DNA of 64,000 bases from the human T2T-CHM13v2.0 reference genome, Homo sapiens, in the NCBI RefSeq assembly GCF_009914755.1, contig NC_060940.1, one strand, 5' to 3'. Positions within the stretch are counted from its first letter, which is position 1; each line of letters begins with the position of its first letter. Of the stretch, positions 16,400 through 33,808 are shown piece after piece. The notes under the pieces were generated by a model. The model saw nothing but the letters and a program-made list of their open reading frames with translations, did no database searches and had not been told where the DNA came from. The translations under genes and the position numbers were made by a program.

Positions 16400-17070
16400 A
16401 TATCATAGTCCATGTATCGTTCTGCAAACCTGCCTTTTCCCATCAAGTCTGCCTATTTCATATCTATTCATATATGGTATATTTTGATGTAGTCTATTCA
16501 CTTTAACTGCTAGACAGTATGTGGTAGGAATTTACCTCATTTTATGTATCCATTCTCTAATATTGGACATTTAAATAGTTTCCTGTTTCCTGTTACCTTT
16601 GGAAATATCCTTGTATATTTCTCCTTGCGCACAAGTGAGAGAAGTTTCTCTGTGGACTTTTCTTAGAGTGGAATTGCTGGGTTGTAGGGAGTGAGGATTT
16701 TTTTTTTTTTGAGACGGAGTCTTGCTCTGTGGCCCAGGCTGGAGTGCAGTGGTGTGATCTCGGCTCACTGCAACCTCCACCTCTTGCGTTCAAGCGATTC
16801 AGGAGTGAGCAGTTCTTGAACATTTTAAGATACAATTACCTTGCTCTCTGGGGTCATTGCACAAATCTACAATAGTGTCTTGGGGTTGTGTTACCCACGT
16901 CCTTTCCAAGGCTTGTTATTTTCTGACTTTTATACATTTAAAAAATGAATCTGATGGGCTTAAAATGATGTGTGTATATTTTTTAAATGTGTGTTATATT
17001 TGCATTTATTCACTTTTTTTTTTTGGCGTTTGTGTGCCTCTTCTGCAAATTTCCTATGTCCTTTGCCCAT
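16400..17070 (-). mobile_element. L1ME fragment with embedded partial Alu (16698-16800)
   Basis: TGGACATTTAAATAGTTTCC...AGTGGAATTGCTGGGT; Alu right-arm fragment. Confidence 0.7.
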
Positions 17071-17199
17071 TTCCTTTCCCCTACTAGCATATTGAAGGTG
17101 AAGTCTTTCTAGGTCTTGGTTTTGGTTTTTAAAATTTGGCCATAGCCCTACCTCCTCAAAACTTGGTAAAAAAAAAAAAAGTGGCATGCATGGGAGACG

Positions 17200-17400
17200 A
17201 AGTCAGAACTTGAATTTAGGGTATTCCAGTTTCAGTCCTGGCTCTGATGCTAACTGGCTGTGTGAATTTGGGCAAGTTATTTAACCTCTGTAAACCTCAG
17301 CTTCCTCACCTGGAGAATGGTGATAACCATCTCTACTTCTCAAAGTCAATGACAGGCTTAAATACACTGGTGCCTATGAGTGGTCAGTAAATAACAGTTG
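17200..17400. mobile_element. MIR
   Basis: GCTGTGTGAATTTGGGCAAGTTATTTAACCTCTGTAAACCTCAGCTTCCTCACCTG core. Confidence 0.8.
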
Positions 17401-18524
17401 AGTTGAAGAGCCCAGATAAAGTTCTCACCATGTCCAGATGCCTTCACATATAGCTCTGAACGGATCTATAGCACAGCCTCCATGAAGGAATTCAGCTATC
17501 ACAGTGGGGCACAGCCCTCCCATAGGACGGTTCTGCTGTCTGCCAGGTGGCCCTAGAACTGACACACAGTTCTGGAGACCCGTAGACTGTTCTAGGGAAG
17601 CCCCCTCCCCACTTTCTCTGCTACTTCCAGAGAGGTCTCATGGGACATCATTAACCTCACATCGGAACAGTAGTGGCTCTGGAATGCCAAACCAGCATCT
17701 ATACCCTCCCTTAATGCCCACTAAGGAAACCAAACCATTTGGAATTAGTAATAATAACAAAAGAAACAACAATAGCTCATCATTCTTGAATGCTACCTGA
17801 ATAGATATAAAGCACTTAGAACATTGCCTAACACATAGGAAGCACTATGTAAGTGTTAGCTATCATCATTATTATTATTACATGGTGATGATGATGATGT
17901 ACTAGGCACTGAGTTAAGCATAATGGACATTAATTTGTTTAAGCCTCATAACTGTAAAGATTTTTGGTTAATTCTCATAAGTATAAGTGCTGGGGATGGA
18001 CACCCCTCCCAGCGCTTTTCTAAGTTCTTTCTCTAAGCACAGAGATGTTGGACTAGGGGAGAATGATTTTTTTTCCTTAAGATGATAGTAATACTTCATG
18101 TAGTATTTGTTCATCAATTAACAGCTTACAAAGTGCTTCCATAGGCATGCATTCTTTCAGTCCTCACAAAATCCTAGTGCAGGAGTATCTTATCTCCCTT
18201 TTGAAACAGCCCCCTCTCAGCTTCCAGGAGCCACATATCCTGGTTTCCTTCCTCTATCATGGTCCACTTCTTTCCAATCTTCTTTTGCTTGATCCTCCTT
18301 TTCCCCCCGATCTCCACATGTAAGCGTTTCTTAGAGGATCTGATGCCTGAGTTCCATGCGCAGAGATTCTAGCTTATTAAGAGTTGATTTGCTGTTAAGG
18401 CTTAGGCAGCAGCACTTTTTTGGTGGGTGCAAATTATTATTATTATTATTTTTCACAGAGCAGTGTGAACATTTATTTGTACAAATTTATGGGCCAACAC
18501 TCTCACCACTCCGATTCAACATAG

Positions 18525-19072
18525 TGTCAGAGGTATTTGAACCAGAGTAACTCCATCTTAAATAGGAGCTGTGTAGAATGAGGCTGAGTCCAACTGGGCT
18601 GCATTCCCAGACAGTTAACGCATTTAAGTCACAGGATGAGGTAGGAGGTTGGCACAAAGTACAGATCATAAAGACCTTGCTGATAACACAATTTGCAGCA
18701 AAGAAGTCAGCTAAAATCCACCGAAACCAAGATGCCCACGAGGGTGACCTCTGGTTGTCCTCACTGCTACACTCCCAACAGCGCCATGACATTTTACAAA
18801 TTCTATGGCAATGTGAGAAAGTTACCCTATATGGTCTAAAAAGGGGAGGCATGAATAATCCACCCCTCGTTTAGCATATCATCAAGAAATAACCATAAAA
18901 ATGGACAACCAGCAGCCCCCAGGGCTGCTCTGTCTATGGAGTAGCCATTCTTTTATTCTTTCGCTTTCCTATTAAACTTGCTTTCACTTTATGCACCTGC
19001 CCTGAGTTCTTTCTTGCGCAAGATCCAAAAACCTTCTCTTGGGATATGGATTGGGACCACTTTCCAATAACA
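18525..19072 (+). mobile_element. MER41A solo LTR (ERV1)
   Basis: TGTCAGAGG..TTTGAACCAGAG..ACTCCATCTT start, TAACA end, exact 4-bp TSD ATAG, 548 bp; interrupts L1 ORF2 in register. Confidence 0.9.
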
Positions 19073-20300
19073 ATAGTACTGGAAATCCTAACCAGAGCAA
19101 TCAGGCAAGAGAAAAAAAAAAGTCATCCAAACAGGGAAAGAATATGTCAAATTATGTCTCTTCCCTGATGATATAATTCTATATCTAGAAAATCCTAAAG
19201 TCTCTACCAAAAGGCTCCTAGAATGGATAAATGACCTCAGTAAAGTTTCAGGATACAAAAATCAATGTGCAAACATCAGTAGCATTTCTACACATCAATA
19301 ATGATCAAGCTGAGATCCAAATCAAGAATGCAACCCCATTTACAGTAGCCACACCAAAAACAAAATATCTATCTGGGAATACCTCTAACCAAGGAGGAGA
19401 AATATCTCTAGAAGGTGAACTACAAAATACTGCTGAAAGAAACCATAAATGACACACAAATGGAAAAATATTCCATGCTTATGGACTAGAAGAATCAATA
19501 TTGTTAAAATGGCCATACTGCCCAAAACAGTCTATGGATTCAATGTTATTTCTATCAAACCATCAAAGCCATTCTTCACAGAATTAGAAGAAACTATTCT
19601 ACAGCTCATATGGAACCAAAAAAAAAAAAAAAAAAAAAAGCCCCAATAGCCAAAGCAATCCTTAGCAAAACAGAACAAAGCTGGAGGCATCATAGTACCT
19701 GACCTAAAACTATACTCTAAGGCTACGGTAACAAAAACAGCATGGAAGTGGTATGAAAATAGAAACATGGACCAATGGAACAGAATATAGAACCCAGAAA
19801 TAAAGCCACACGTTTACAACCAACTGATCGTTGACAAAAATAAGCAATCGAGAAAGGACCCCTTTATTCAATAAATGGTGTTGGGATAACTGGCTAGCCA
19901 TATGCAGAAGAATAAAACTGGACCTCTATCACCACATACAAAAATTAACTCAAGATGGGTTAAAGACTTACATGTAAGACCTAAAACTAAAAATTCTAGA
20001 AGAAAATCTAGGAAACACCATTTTCGATGTTGGTCTTGGGAAATAATTTATGACTAAGTCCTCAAAAAATTTGCAACAAAAACAAAAATTGACAAATGGG
20101 ACCTAATTAAATGAAAGAGCTTCTGCACAGGAAAAGAAACTATCAACAGAGTAAACAGACAACCTGGAGAACAGCAGAAAATATTAACAAACTATGCATC
20201 CAAAAGAAGTGTAATATGAAACTTAAACAATTCAACCAGCAAAAAAACAAATGACCCTATTAAAAAGTGGGCAAAAGACATGAACAGACACTTCTCAAAA

Positions 20301-20585
<285 letters not shown>

Positions 20586-21474
20586 TCAACGTCGCCAATC
20601 ATCAGAGAAATACAAATCAAGACCACAGTGAGACCAATTAATAGCTCACACCAGTCAGAATGGCTTTTGTTAAAAGTGAAAAGATAATAGATGTTGGTGA
20701 GGCTGTGGAGAAAAGGGAATGCTTGTACACTTTTGGTGGAAATGTAAGTTAGTTTAGCCACCATGGAAAGCAGTTTGGAGATTTCTCAAAGAACTTAAAA
20801 CAGAACTACCATTCGACCCAGCAATCTCATTACTGGGTATATACCCAAAGGAAAATAAATTGTTCTATCAAAAAGACACATGCACGCATGGGTTCATCAC
20901 AGCACTATTCACAACAGCAAAGTCATGGAATCAGTGTAGGTGCCCATCAATGGTGGACTGAATGAAGAAGATGTATACACCATGGAATACTGTGCAGCCA
21001 TACAAACAAACAAAATCACATCCTTTGCAGCAACATGGGTACAGCTGGAGGCCATTATCCTAAGCAAATTAATGCAAGAACAGAAGACCAAAGACTACAT
21101 GTTCTCACTTACAAGTGGGAGATAAATAAATATGCTCATAGATGTAAAGATGGCTACTACAAATAAAGTTGCTACGAACAATCACAGATCAGTTTTTGTG
21201 TGGGCATAGGTTTTCATTTCTTTGGGGTAAATGCTCAGGGGTGGGTGCAATTGCTGGGTCATATAGTAAGTGTATATTTTGTTTTTTTTTTTTTAAAGAA
21301 AGTGGCAATCTATTTTTCCATGGTGGCTATACCATTTTACACTCCAGAAATAAACAAAAAATCTAGTTTCTCCACATCCTTGCTGGCATTTGATACTGTC
21401 ACTGTTTTTTATTTCAAATGTTCTAATAGATGAGTATTGATAGCTCGTTGTGGTCTTGATTTGCATTTTCCTAA

Positions 21475-21855
<381 letters not shown>

Positions 21856-22459
21856 GCCCATTTTCTAATTGAATTATTATTATTTGTTTAATGTTCAGTT
21901 TTGAGAGTTCTTTATTCCAAAGTGGGCTTTTGTTAGATATGTGATTTGCAAATAATTTCTTCCAGTTTATAGCTTATCTTTTTATCGTTTTAATGAAGTC
22001 TTTTACAGAGTAAAAGTTTTTCATTTTGAAGTCCAATTTATCAATTTATTCTTTTATGAATTACACTTCTGGTGTCATGTTTAAGAGTTCTTCATGTGCT
22101 CCAAAGATTTCCCCTTTTGTTGTCTTCTAAAATATTTATAGTTTTACATTTTATGTTGAAGTCTATGATCCATTTTCAGTTAGTTTTTATATAAGGTGTG
22201 AGATGTAGGTCAGAGTACTTAAAAAATTTTTTTTTGCTTCAGCACCATTTGGAGAAAATATTACACTTCTTATATTGAATTGCTTTTGCATCTTGTAAAA
22301 CATCAGTTGGTTGATGCAAAAGCAGAGGGGTGTTAAAAAATCAGTTGGTTGCACTCATGTGGCACTATTTCTAGGTTTTTTATTCATTTCCATTGATCTC
22401 TGTGTCTCTCCCTCTGCCATTATCACATAGTCTTTATTACTGTAGCTACCTCTATTAAT

Positions 22460-22786
<327 letters not shown>

Positions 22787-23229
22787 TTACTGTAGTTACA
22801 TCTAATAAGTCCTGATATGAGGTAGAGTGATTCCTCTGCGTTTATCAATGTCTTTTGAAAATTGTTTTGGTTATTCTAGCACCTGGCCTTTCCATATAAA
22901 TTTCAGAATAATTTTGTCTGTATCTGTAGAAAATTTTGCTGAACTTTTGACAGGAATTCTGTTACATTTGCATCTCAATTTGGGGAGAATCGGCATCTTT
23001 ACTGAGTCTTCTACTCATGAACGTGTTATGTTTCTCTGTATATTTAGATCTTTGATTTAATAGTTTTTGGCCTGTAATTCATATACATATTTAGTTAGAT
23101 TTACACATAATTGTTTCATAAAAATATGTTACACATATTTTTAATTTCAGTTTTCATGTGTTCATTGTTAATACATAAATACACAAATAATTTTGTATCT
23201 TTCTCTTGTATCCTGTAAACCTGCTGAAC

Positions 23230-23533
<304 letters not shown>

Positions 23534-23915
23534 GTTCCAGTTGTTTTTCTATAGATTCCTTGGAATTTTCTGTGTAGACTGCTATGCCATTGGCAAATAT
23601 GGACCATTTTTTTCCTTCCCTTCTTATTAGTGTGCTTTTTATTCTCTCTCTCTTTTTTTTAACCTTATTTCACTGGCTAGAACTTCCAGCACTATGTTGA
23701 ATAGCAGTGGTGAGGGTGGATGGCCTCTTTTTCTTCCCAATTAGCTCATTCTTGTAAACACAGTTGTGCATGATGCAATGGAGAGACTAAGCATGGGTGT
23801 CAAAATCAATCTAACCCATGGTCAAACCAGATCTCACAACATACTATCTATGTGATCTTAGAAAAGTGACTTTCTCTCTGTATGTTTCCTCACCTTCAAG
23901 GATTAGATAATACTA

Positions 23916-24265
<350 letters not shown>

Positions 24266-24279
24266 CTAGACAACACAAC

Positions 24280-24520
24280 AGCGTGTAGAGGTTAGGAACA
24301 CAGACTTTGGAGCCAGGTTACCCAGGCTCAGGTCCCAGCACCGCGACTCTCAATCTCATGACCTTGGGCAAGTTACTTGTTCCCTCTGTGCTTCAGTTTC
24401 CTCATTGGTTCAGTGGGCAAAATAAGACTAACATAAAGTTATTGCAAAAATGGAATGAGATAATAAATGTTAAGCTTTTAGAACAGTACTTGGCACATAG
24501 TAAGCACTAGGGAAGTGTTT
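24280..24520. mobile_element. MIR
   Basis: GACCTTGGGCAAGTTACTT...CTCTGTGCTTCAGTTTCCTCAT...GGCACATAGTAAGCACT. Confidence 0.85.
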
Positions 24521-24715
24521 TTATTGTTGTGGTTGTGAGATTTAAATGAATGTGTAGAAAATACCTAGCATGGTGCAAATGCTCAGTAAAATTTTTTTCT
24601 GACACTAAATTCTATGCTAACTAAAAAAAAAAAAAAAAAATTAAGCAGCACCAAAAACCTTGTAATAAAAGCAACAATGTTTTGTTTCCCCTCCTTTCCT
24701 GCTTTCTGGAGGTAA

Positions 24716-24862
<147 letters not shown>

Positions 24863-24921
24863 GGAGGTAAAAATTTTAAACTCTTTGATCAGTTAAAAGA
24901 ATAAATCATAAGCTTCTTTAC

Positions 24922-25118
24922 CTCTTTCTCCCTTTCTCTCTCTTCTTTCTTTCTTTCCTTCCTTCCTTCCTTCCTTCCTTCCTTCCTTCCTTCCTTCTTT
25001 CTTTCTTTCTTTCTTTCTTTCTTATGTTTCCTTCCTTCCTTCCTTCCTTCCTTCCTTCCTTCCTTCCTTCCTTCCTTCCTTCCTTCCTTCTTTCCCTCCC
25101 TCCCTTCCTTTCTTTTCT
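24922..25118. repeat. (TTCC)n/(TTTC)n polypyrimidine tract
   Basis: direct reading. Confidence 0.95.
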
Positions 25119-25456
<338 letters not shown>

Positions 25457-25676
25457 TGAAACAATGGTGGTGGATTTAGCTCTCTTATACTGCCTGTCTC
25501 CCATCCTTCTCATACAATGATACGGCTATTTATAATTGTGTCACTGGTAAATATTGTTCACCGAAGAGCCAACAGATGTATTATGATTATATTTTTTTCT
25601 TGAAAACTTTCCTTCTCTCACACTCCCCAGGATTTCTAATTGCCTTAATGTCTTCTTCCTTTTAATTTTGTACTAT

Positions 25677-25990
25677 TTTCTTTTCTTCTTTTTTTTGAGA
25701 TAGAGGCTTGCTCTGTTGCCCAGACTGAAGTGCAGTGGTATGATCTTGGCTCACTCCAGCCTCTGCCTCCTGGGTTCAAGTGATTCTCGTGCCTCAGCCT
25801 CCCAAGAAGCTGGGATTACAGGCATCTGCCACCATGGCCGACTAATTTTATTTTTTATTTTTGTATTTTTAGTAGAGATGGGGTTTCACCATGTGGGCCA
25901 GGCTGGTCTCGAACTCCTGGCCTTAGGCTATCCACCTGCCTCAACCTCCCAAAGTTTTGGAATTACTGGCGTGAGCCACTGCACCTGGTC
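25677..25990 (-). mobile_element. Alu
   Basis: antisense Alu. Confidence 0.93.
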
Positions 25991-25993
25991 TGC

Positions 25994-26280
25994 TTTTCTT
26001 TTTCTTTTTTTTTTTTTTTGAGACAGGGTCTTGCTGTGTCGCCCAGGCTCAGCTCACTGCAGGCTCGCCTCCCAGGTTCAAGCAATTCTCCCACCTCAGC
26101 CTCCCAAGTAGCTAGGATTACAGGGGCACACCACCATGCCCAGCTAATTTTTACATTTTTAGTAGAGACAGGGTTTCACCATGTTGGCCAGGCTGGTCTC
26201 AAACTTCTGACCTCAGGTGATTCACCCACCTCGGCCTCCTAAAGTGCTGGGATTATAGGTGCAAGCCACCACGCTCGGCT
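25994..26280 (-). mobile_element. Alu with small internal deletion
   Basis: TGCTTTTCTT flanks both sides; CCCAGGCTCAGCTCAC deletion junction. Confidence 0.93.
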
Positions 26281-27323
26281 GTGCTTTTCTTATGTACACA
26301 ATTTTTCCCCATCCTTTATCACATCAGTTATTCTAATCAGATCCACTTTTTCCCCTTGGGGACTTCAAGTCTTATATTCGTTACATGGCTGTCAGGACAG
26401 TAACAAAACATTATTCTTTTTCTCTTGCTCTCCTGCCTCGAACCACCCCCCAGTGGCAATCATGACCTGCCCATGTTTCTCTGTCTTCACTTTTTTCCTG
26501 TCCGTGCTTTTGATGAGCTCACTCCTTTTTCCCAGCCACGTTCTCTCTCGTCCATCCATTTGGCCTTCTCACCAGTTCACTCATAGAGATATTGTTATCA
26601 ATTTTTGGCTCATTATAAATTAGCATTTTCAAGTGTTCTCATTTACATAGGGCACCCCAAAGATAACTTGGTCCACAGCTAAAAGGGCAATTGTTCTAAT
26701 GCATCTATGATTGAGGCAAAGCCCTTGCAGGAAATAGCAAGCTAAGGACAGCTGATTATAATGAAGGGCTTAAGCAAGGCATAAATGCTTCAGGGATGAC
26801 AAGAAGACAGACTGAAAGGACTGATGATCTATTTCAGCAAAAAAATATCCATCAAAAGAGAAACCTTTCCCAAAGCAGTGCCCAGTCAAGGTGTGGGACT
26901 TAGAAAAGCCGGATCTATATTTTAGGAGACAGCAGCCCGCTTGGTTGACAGGTCATATGTCAAGAAACAAGTTTAATAAAGAATTCATTGAAAAACACTA
27001 TTTCAACACTAGGTGATAAAGTTGGCCCCAGAAGAGTAGGTCTTGGGAAGGTTTTGGAACATATTATAGGTTGATATCAGATGTTCAACTTAGAAGGCTA
27101 CATCTTTAAGATTCATGGAGCAATGTGCAAGCATCATGACCTTGGACCTGTTCCAAAGTCCCGTATATTATCTAAATGAATTCATTGAGACCACCTGTGT
27201 ACCTACTTGGTGTGCTTTCTCTGCTCATCAATTTGAGCTGTTGCGTTTGAGTTTGAATTACCTCTACATACTGACTGTCACACTTTCCCCATCTAGTTTT
27301 AGTGTCACTGTTAAAATGATTGA

Positions 27324-27786
<463 letters not shown>

Positions 27787-27908
27787 AGAAAGTAGGCTTT
27801 CTATTTGCCCTCTCTGGGTATCTAGTATTGGCTAGGACTTTGTCTCTCTCATCTCAGACCCTTCCTGGGACCTGTGCAGCTTGAGTGGGAACTGCTGCTG
27901 CAGCACCT

Positions 27909-28223
<315 letters not shown>

Positions 28224-28271
28224 CAGCTCCTGTTTTATTGGTGCTGCTGCCAATGGTGGTCCCTTGGCTGC

Positions 28272-28334
28272 TGTGGCCCAAGACAATTCTTCTTCTGATG
28301 TGGCCCAGGGAAGCCAAAAGATTGGACACCCCTG
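28272..28334 (-). mobile_element. MER30 end fragment (hAT-Charlie)
   Basis: TGTGGCCCAAGACAATTCTTCTTC...GCCAAAAGATTGGACACCCCTG followed by hAT-type CTCTAGA site. Confidence 0.8.
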
Positions 28335-28649
28335 CTCTAGACACTTGTTGCTCTGTTCCTCTGCCCTACCCCATGGCCACTGTCCTCATTAGGGCCTTCA
28401 TAACATCTCATCTGGATCACAGCGTTAATCTCTGAAGTGGTCTTGCTGCACTTCCTGGTCTCCCTCAGTCTCGAATCCATGTTTCACCCAGTGAGATGGT
28501 TCTAAAGCACGAATCTGATCAGAAAGTGCTCTGTTGAGTGCCTCTGGGGCTCCTCACAGGATTTAGGCTTTGGTTCAGTCTTCTTAACCCACAGGACCCT
28601 TGTAATCAGTCTTGTGACAACTTCTCTTCTGCTTTAGCTGTTTGGTGTG

Positions 28650-29105
28650 CCACCACATTCATTCATTTACTAAACATTGATCAAAGGCCTGACACTGTTC
28701 TTTCCTGGCACTGGGAATAGAGTAGTGAACAGAAACAAAAGCCCCCACCGCATGGAACTTCATTCTCATTGGGGAGACAGAACATAGCAGAAGGCAGTAA
28801 ATACAGCGGAGAGAAACAAAGCAAGAAGGGAGTCAGGAGGTGGGGGGGCTCTCTCTTGAAAGGGAGGATTCTTAAAGGAGAGTGTTCAGGGAAAACCTCA
28901 CTGAGGAGGTTATGTTTGAATCCCGACTTGAAGGAATTGAGGGAGCAAGCCACGTGGGATCTAGAGGAGGGAACAGTATGTGCAAGGGCCCTGAGGTTAT
29001 TTCAAGGATTGGTAAAAAAGTGAGTGTGGCTGAAGCAGAGATGGAAAACCACTGGATTTTTCTGAACCTAAGAGTGATGTGCTCTGACTTACATTTTAGA
29101 AATGA
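28650..29105. mobile_element. L2 fragment
   Basis: CATTCATTCATTTACTAAACATT...CTCACTGAGGAGGT...TGTGCAAGGGCCCTGAGG. Confidence 0.8.
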
Positions 29106-29112
29106 ACTACTG

Positions 29113-29413
<301 letters not shown>

Positions 29414-29418
29414 GTGTT

Positions 29419-29782
<364 letters not shown>

Positions 29783-29977
29783 TCATGCCAGGGAAGGCAG
29801 GTAAGCAGATGCTTCCCTTAATACCTAACAGTTTTTGAGTGTTCCCTACGTGCTAGGCATTTTCCTAAGTGCTTCTCGTATACATAGCTATCTCTTACAG
29901 GAAGGAACTGACTTATTTTACAGAGGAGGAGACTGATCCTACAGGCGTGAAGGAGCTTGTCTAAGATCCCACAGCCA

Positions 29978-30360
29978 TTTTTTATGGCTGCATAGTAAAA
30001 ATGATGAGTTCATGTCCTTTGTAGGGACATGGATGAAATTGGAAACCATCATTCTCAGTAAACTATCGCAAGAACAAAAAACCAAACACCGCATATTCTC
30101 ACTCATAGGTGGGAATTGAACAATGAGATCACATGGACACAGGAAGGGGAATATCACACTCTGGGGACTGTGGTGGGGTCGGGGGAGGGGGGAGGGATAG
30201 CATTGGGAGATATACCTAATGCTAGATGACACGTTAGTGGGTGCAGCGCACCAGCATGGCACATGTATACATATGTAACTAACCTGCACAATGTGCACAT
30301 GTACCCTAAAACTTAGAGTATAATAAAAAAAAAAAAATTAAAAAAAAAAAAAAAAAAAAA
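29978..30360 (+). mobile_element. L1HS pre-Ta, 5'-truncated with 19-bp 5' inversion, inserted in a MIR
   Basis: ACG at 30231-30233 and G at 30316; ORF2 end and stop at 30117-30119; long A tail; 15-bp TSD AAGATCCCACAGCCA (29963-29977 / 30361-30375). Confidence 0.93.
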
Positions 30361-30454
30361 AAGATCCCACAGCCAGCAAGAGATGGAGGCAGGACTTGAA
30401 CAAGGCACTTAAAGTCCAGCTGTACTTTATACTTGGATGAGACAAAGCAATTCA

Positions 30455-30811
<357 letters not shown>

Positions 30812-30820
30812 CTATCTCTG

Positions 30821-31146
<326 letters not shown>

Positions 31147-31264
31147 CTAATAGAAGCACTAAAATTTTTTTTAAATGAGCAAAATTTTAAGAAATATAAA
31201 CATCTAAATATGGTTTAGCACATTTCTTTGTAAAGTACAACTGTTCATAGTCAACATTGTTATC

Positions 31265-31557
<293 letters not shown>

Positions 31558-32235
31558 TAGTCGGCATCTAATTTGGTCCTCATTCTTCTGCTAGGGCTCA
31601 GGAGAAGGGTAATTCCAAAACTTTCAGGAGTTCTTCCCCAAATGGGGCTCAGCTCCTGTGGTTTTGCACTTCAGAGTATCTCTAAAGTCCACAGTACTTA
31701 CAGCAGAGTGTCTTCACATTTCACAAGAAGCCTCCATGGTCTGCTTTCATTTATTGATGAGAAGGGCTTATTTTGCTTCCTAGTTTCCTTATTACTAATA
31801 GTATCAGTGCCAATAGCATGCTGCTCATTTTACCTTTTCAAGTCTTATTTCTGAGAAGGAGAATGTCTCATTCCTCACTAATCAAATTTTCTTTTTCTTG
31901 TAAGCTGGAAAAGGTTAAGAGGCATGTTCCTATAAACTCCCTGCCTTTCTCCTAATAACTCCCTTGCATCTAGTCAAGTATTCATTGAGCACCTATTAAG
32001 TGCTGAGTATTGCAATTAGTCATGCTCTGTTAGCAGCTATCTTACTACCTTGTTGCTCTGATAATAGATATCTTAAATGACATAGTCACATTTTCTCAGG
32101 GCTTCTAAAGTACCTAGTAAAAATACTCATCATGGTTATACAGCGACTTCTCCAAATGTGAAATCTGGAAAGTTCAAAGTAAGTCAAGGAGTCTATGTAG
32201 GTCCCTCAGTCTTTCCTTTTTTTTTTTTTTTTTAA

Positions 32236-32573
<338 letters not shown>

Positions 32574-33289
32574 GGCTATGCTTTTTCATTGCTTTTGGTT
32601 GACTACACTGTTACAGATTAGGTAAAGAGGCAGAGAGTATGTTGTTAGCTCTCACAGCTAATTTGTAATCCAGCGTTGGTCCAAGTTAACTGTACACCAA
32701 AACATCACTTCCTGTGTAGATGTTAACAATTACTAACGCATTCCTTGATCAACTGCAACAGTTTTGATGGAGAGACAGTTGAGGTCTGAGATGTGCTAGC
32801 TTCCTGTTTGTGTATTTGATCTTGAAGCAGCTGGTGAATCTGCATCCGCTGGTAGAGTCCAATCCATGTTTGTTTCTTTCAGTGGAGAAACTTCCATCAT
32901 GAACTTTACCACTCTCCTTGCTGAAGGGGGAAGGATGTTGCAAAATTGGCTTGATGCCTGAAAATGTCTATTTACTATGCTTCATGAAAAGATGTCTATG
33001 ATTGAATAATGAGGTTTGAGTACTTAGATGACTTCAGTCTGTAGGGGATGCCTCTCTCGTTTGCCACCTGAAAAGGTGCAATTACCAAAATTGCTTATAA
33101 TGCCTCTACTTTAGGAGTTCACATTAGGAATCCCTTCAGGAGAATTCATTCATGCATTCATGCATGCATGCATTCATTCATCTCTCTCCCCCTAGGCCCT
33201 AAAAGCAAGCTTGTTCTACCCATGTACCGTGAACCTGTCTATCAACAAACACGACTCACAAATTTTGATGTTCAAGATTACCTGATCAC

Positions 33290-33567
<278 letters not shown>

Positions 33568-33593
33568 GATTACCTGATCACCGGAAATAGACC

Positions 33594-33808
33594 CAGGGGT
33601 GTGCTGGGAAGTGCTTGACAATCAGCTTGCCAAAAAAATGAAGAAATGTTTTATTTGTAGTGATTTCTGATCACTACAAATGTTTTATTTGCTGATTTCT
33701 CTGGTATAAATACTCCTACCACAGTTGATTAGAAGTCACCAATATGAAGTCACTGCAGGTGTGCACAGTGGCTCTCAGAAATCATGAGCCAGCTCCAGGA
33801 CCCAGTGG
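33594..33808. mobile_element. MER63-like hAT element
   Basis: CAGGGGTGTGCTGG start, GGTATAAATACTCCTACCA core, GAGCCAGCTCCAG end. Confidence 0.7.

Noticed and set aside
18380-18420. Pol III small-RNA-like stretch ending in a T-run
   Set aside because: Does not match the Y RNA, vault, 7SK, U6 or tRNA sequences I can recall.
26944-26963. TTGACA-GGTCATA-TGTCAA inverted repeat with AGGTCA half-site
   Set aside because: A 6-bp stem is expected by chance in 64 kb; no other support.
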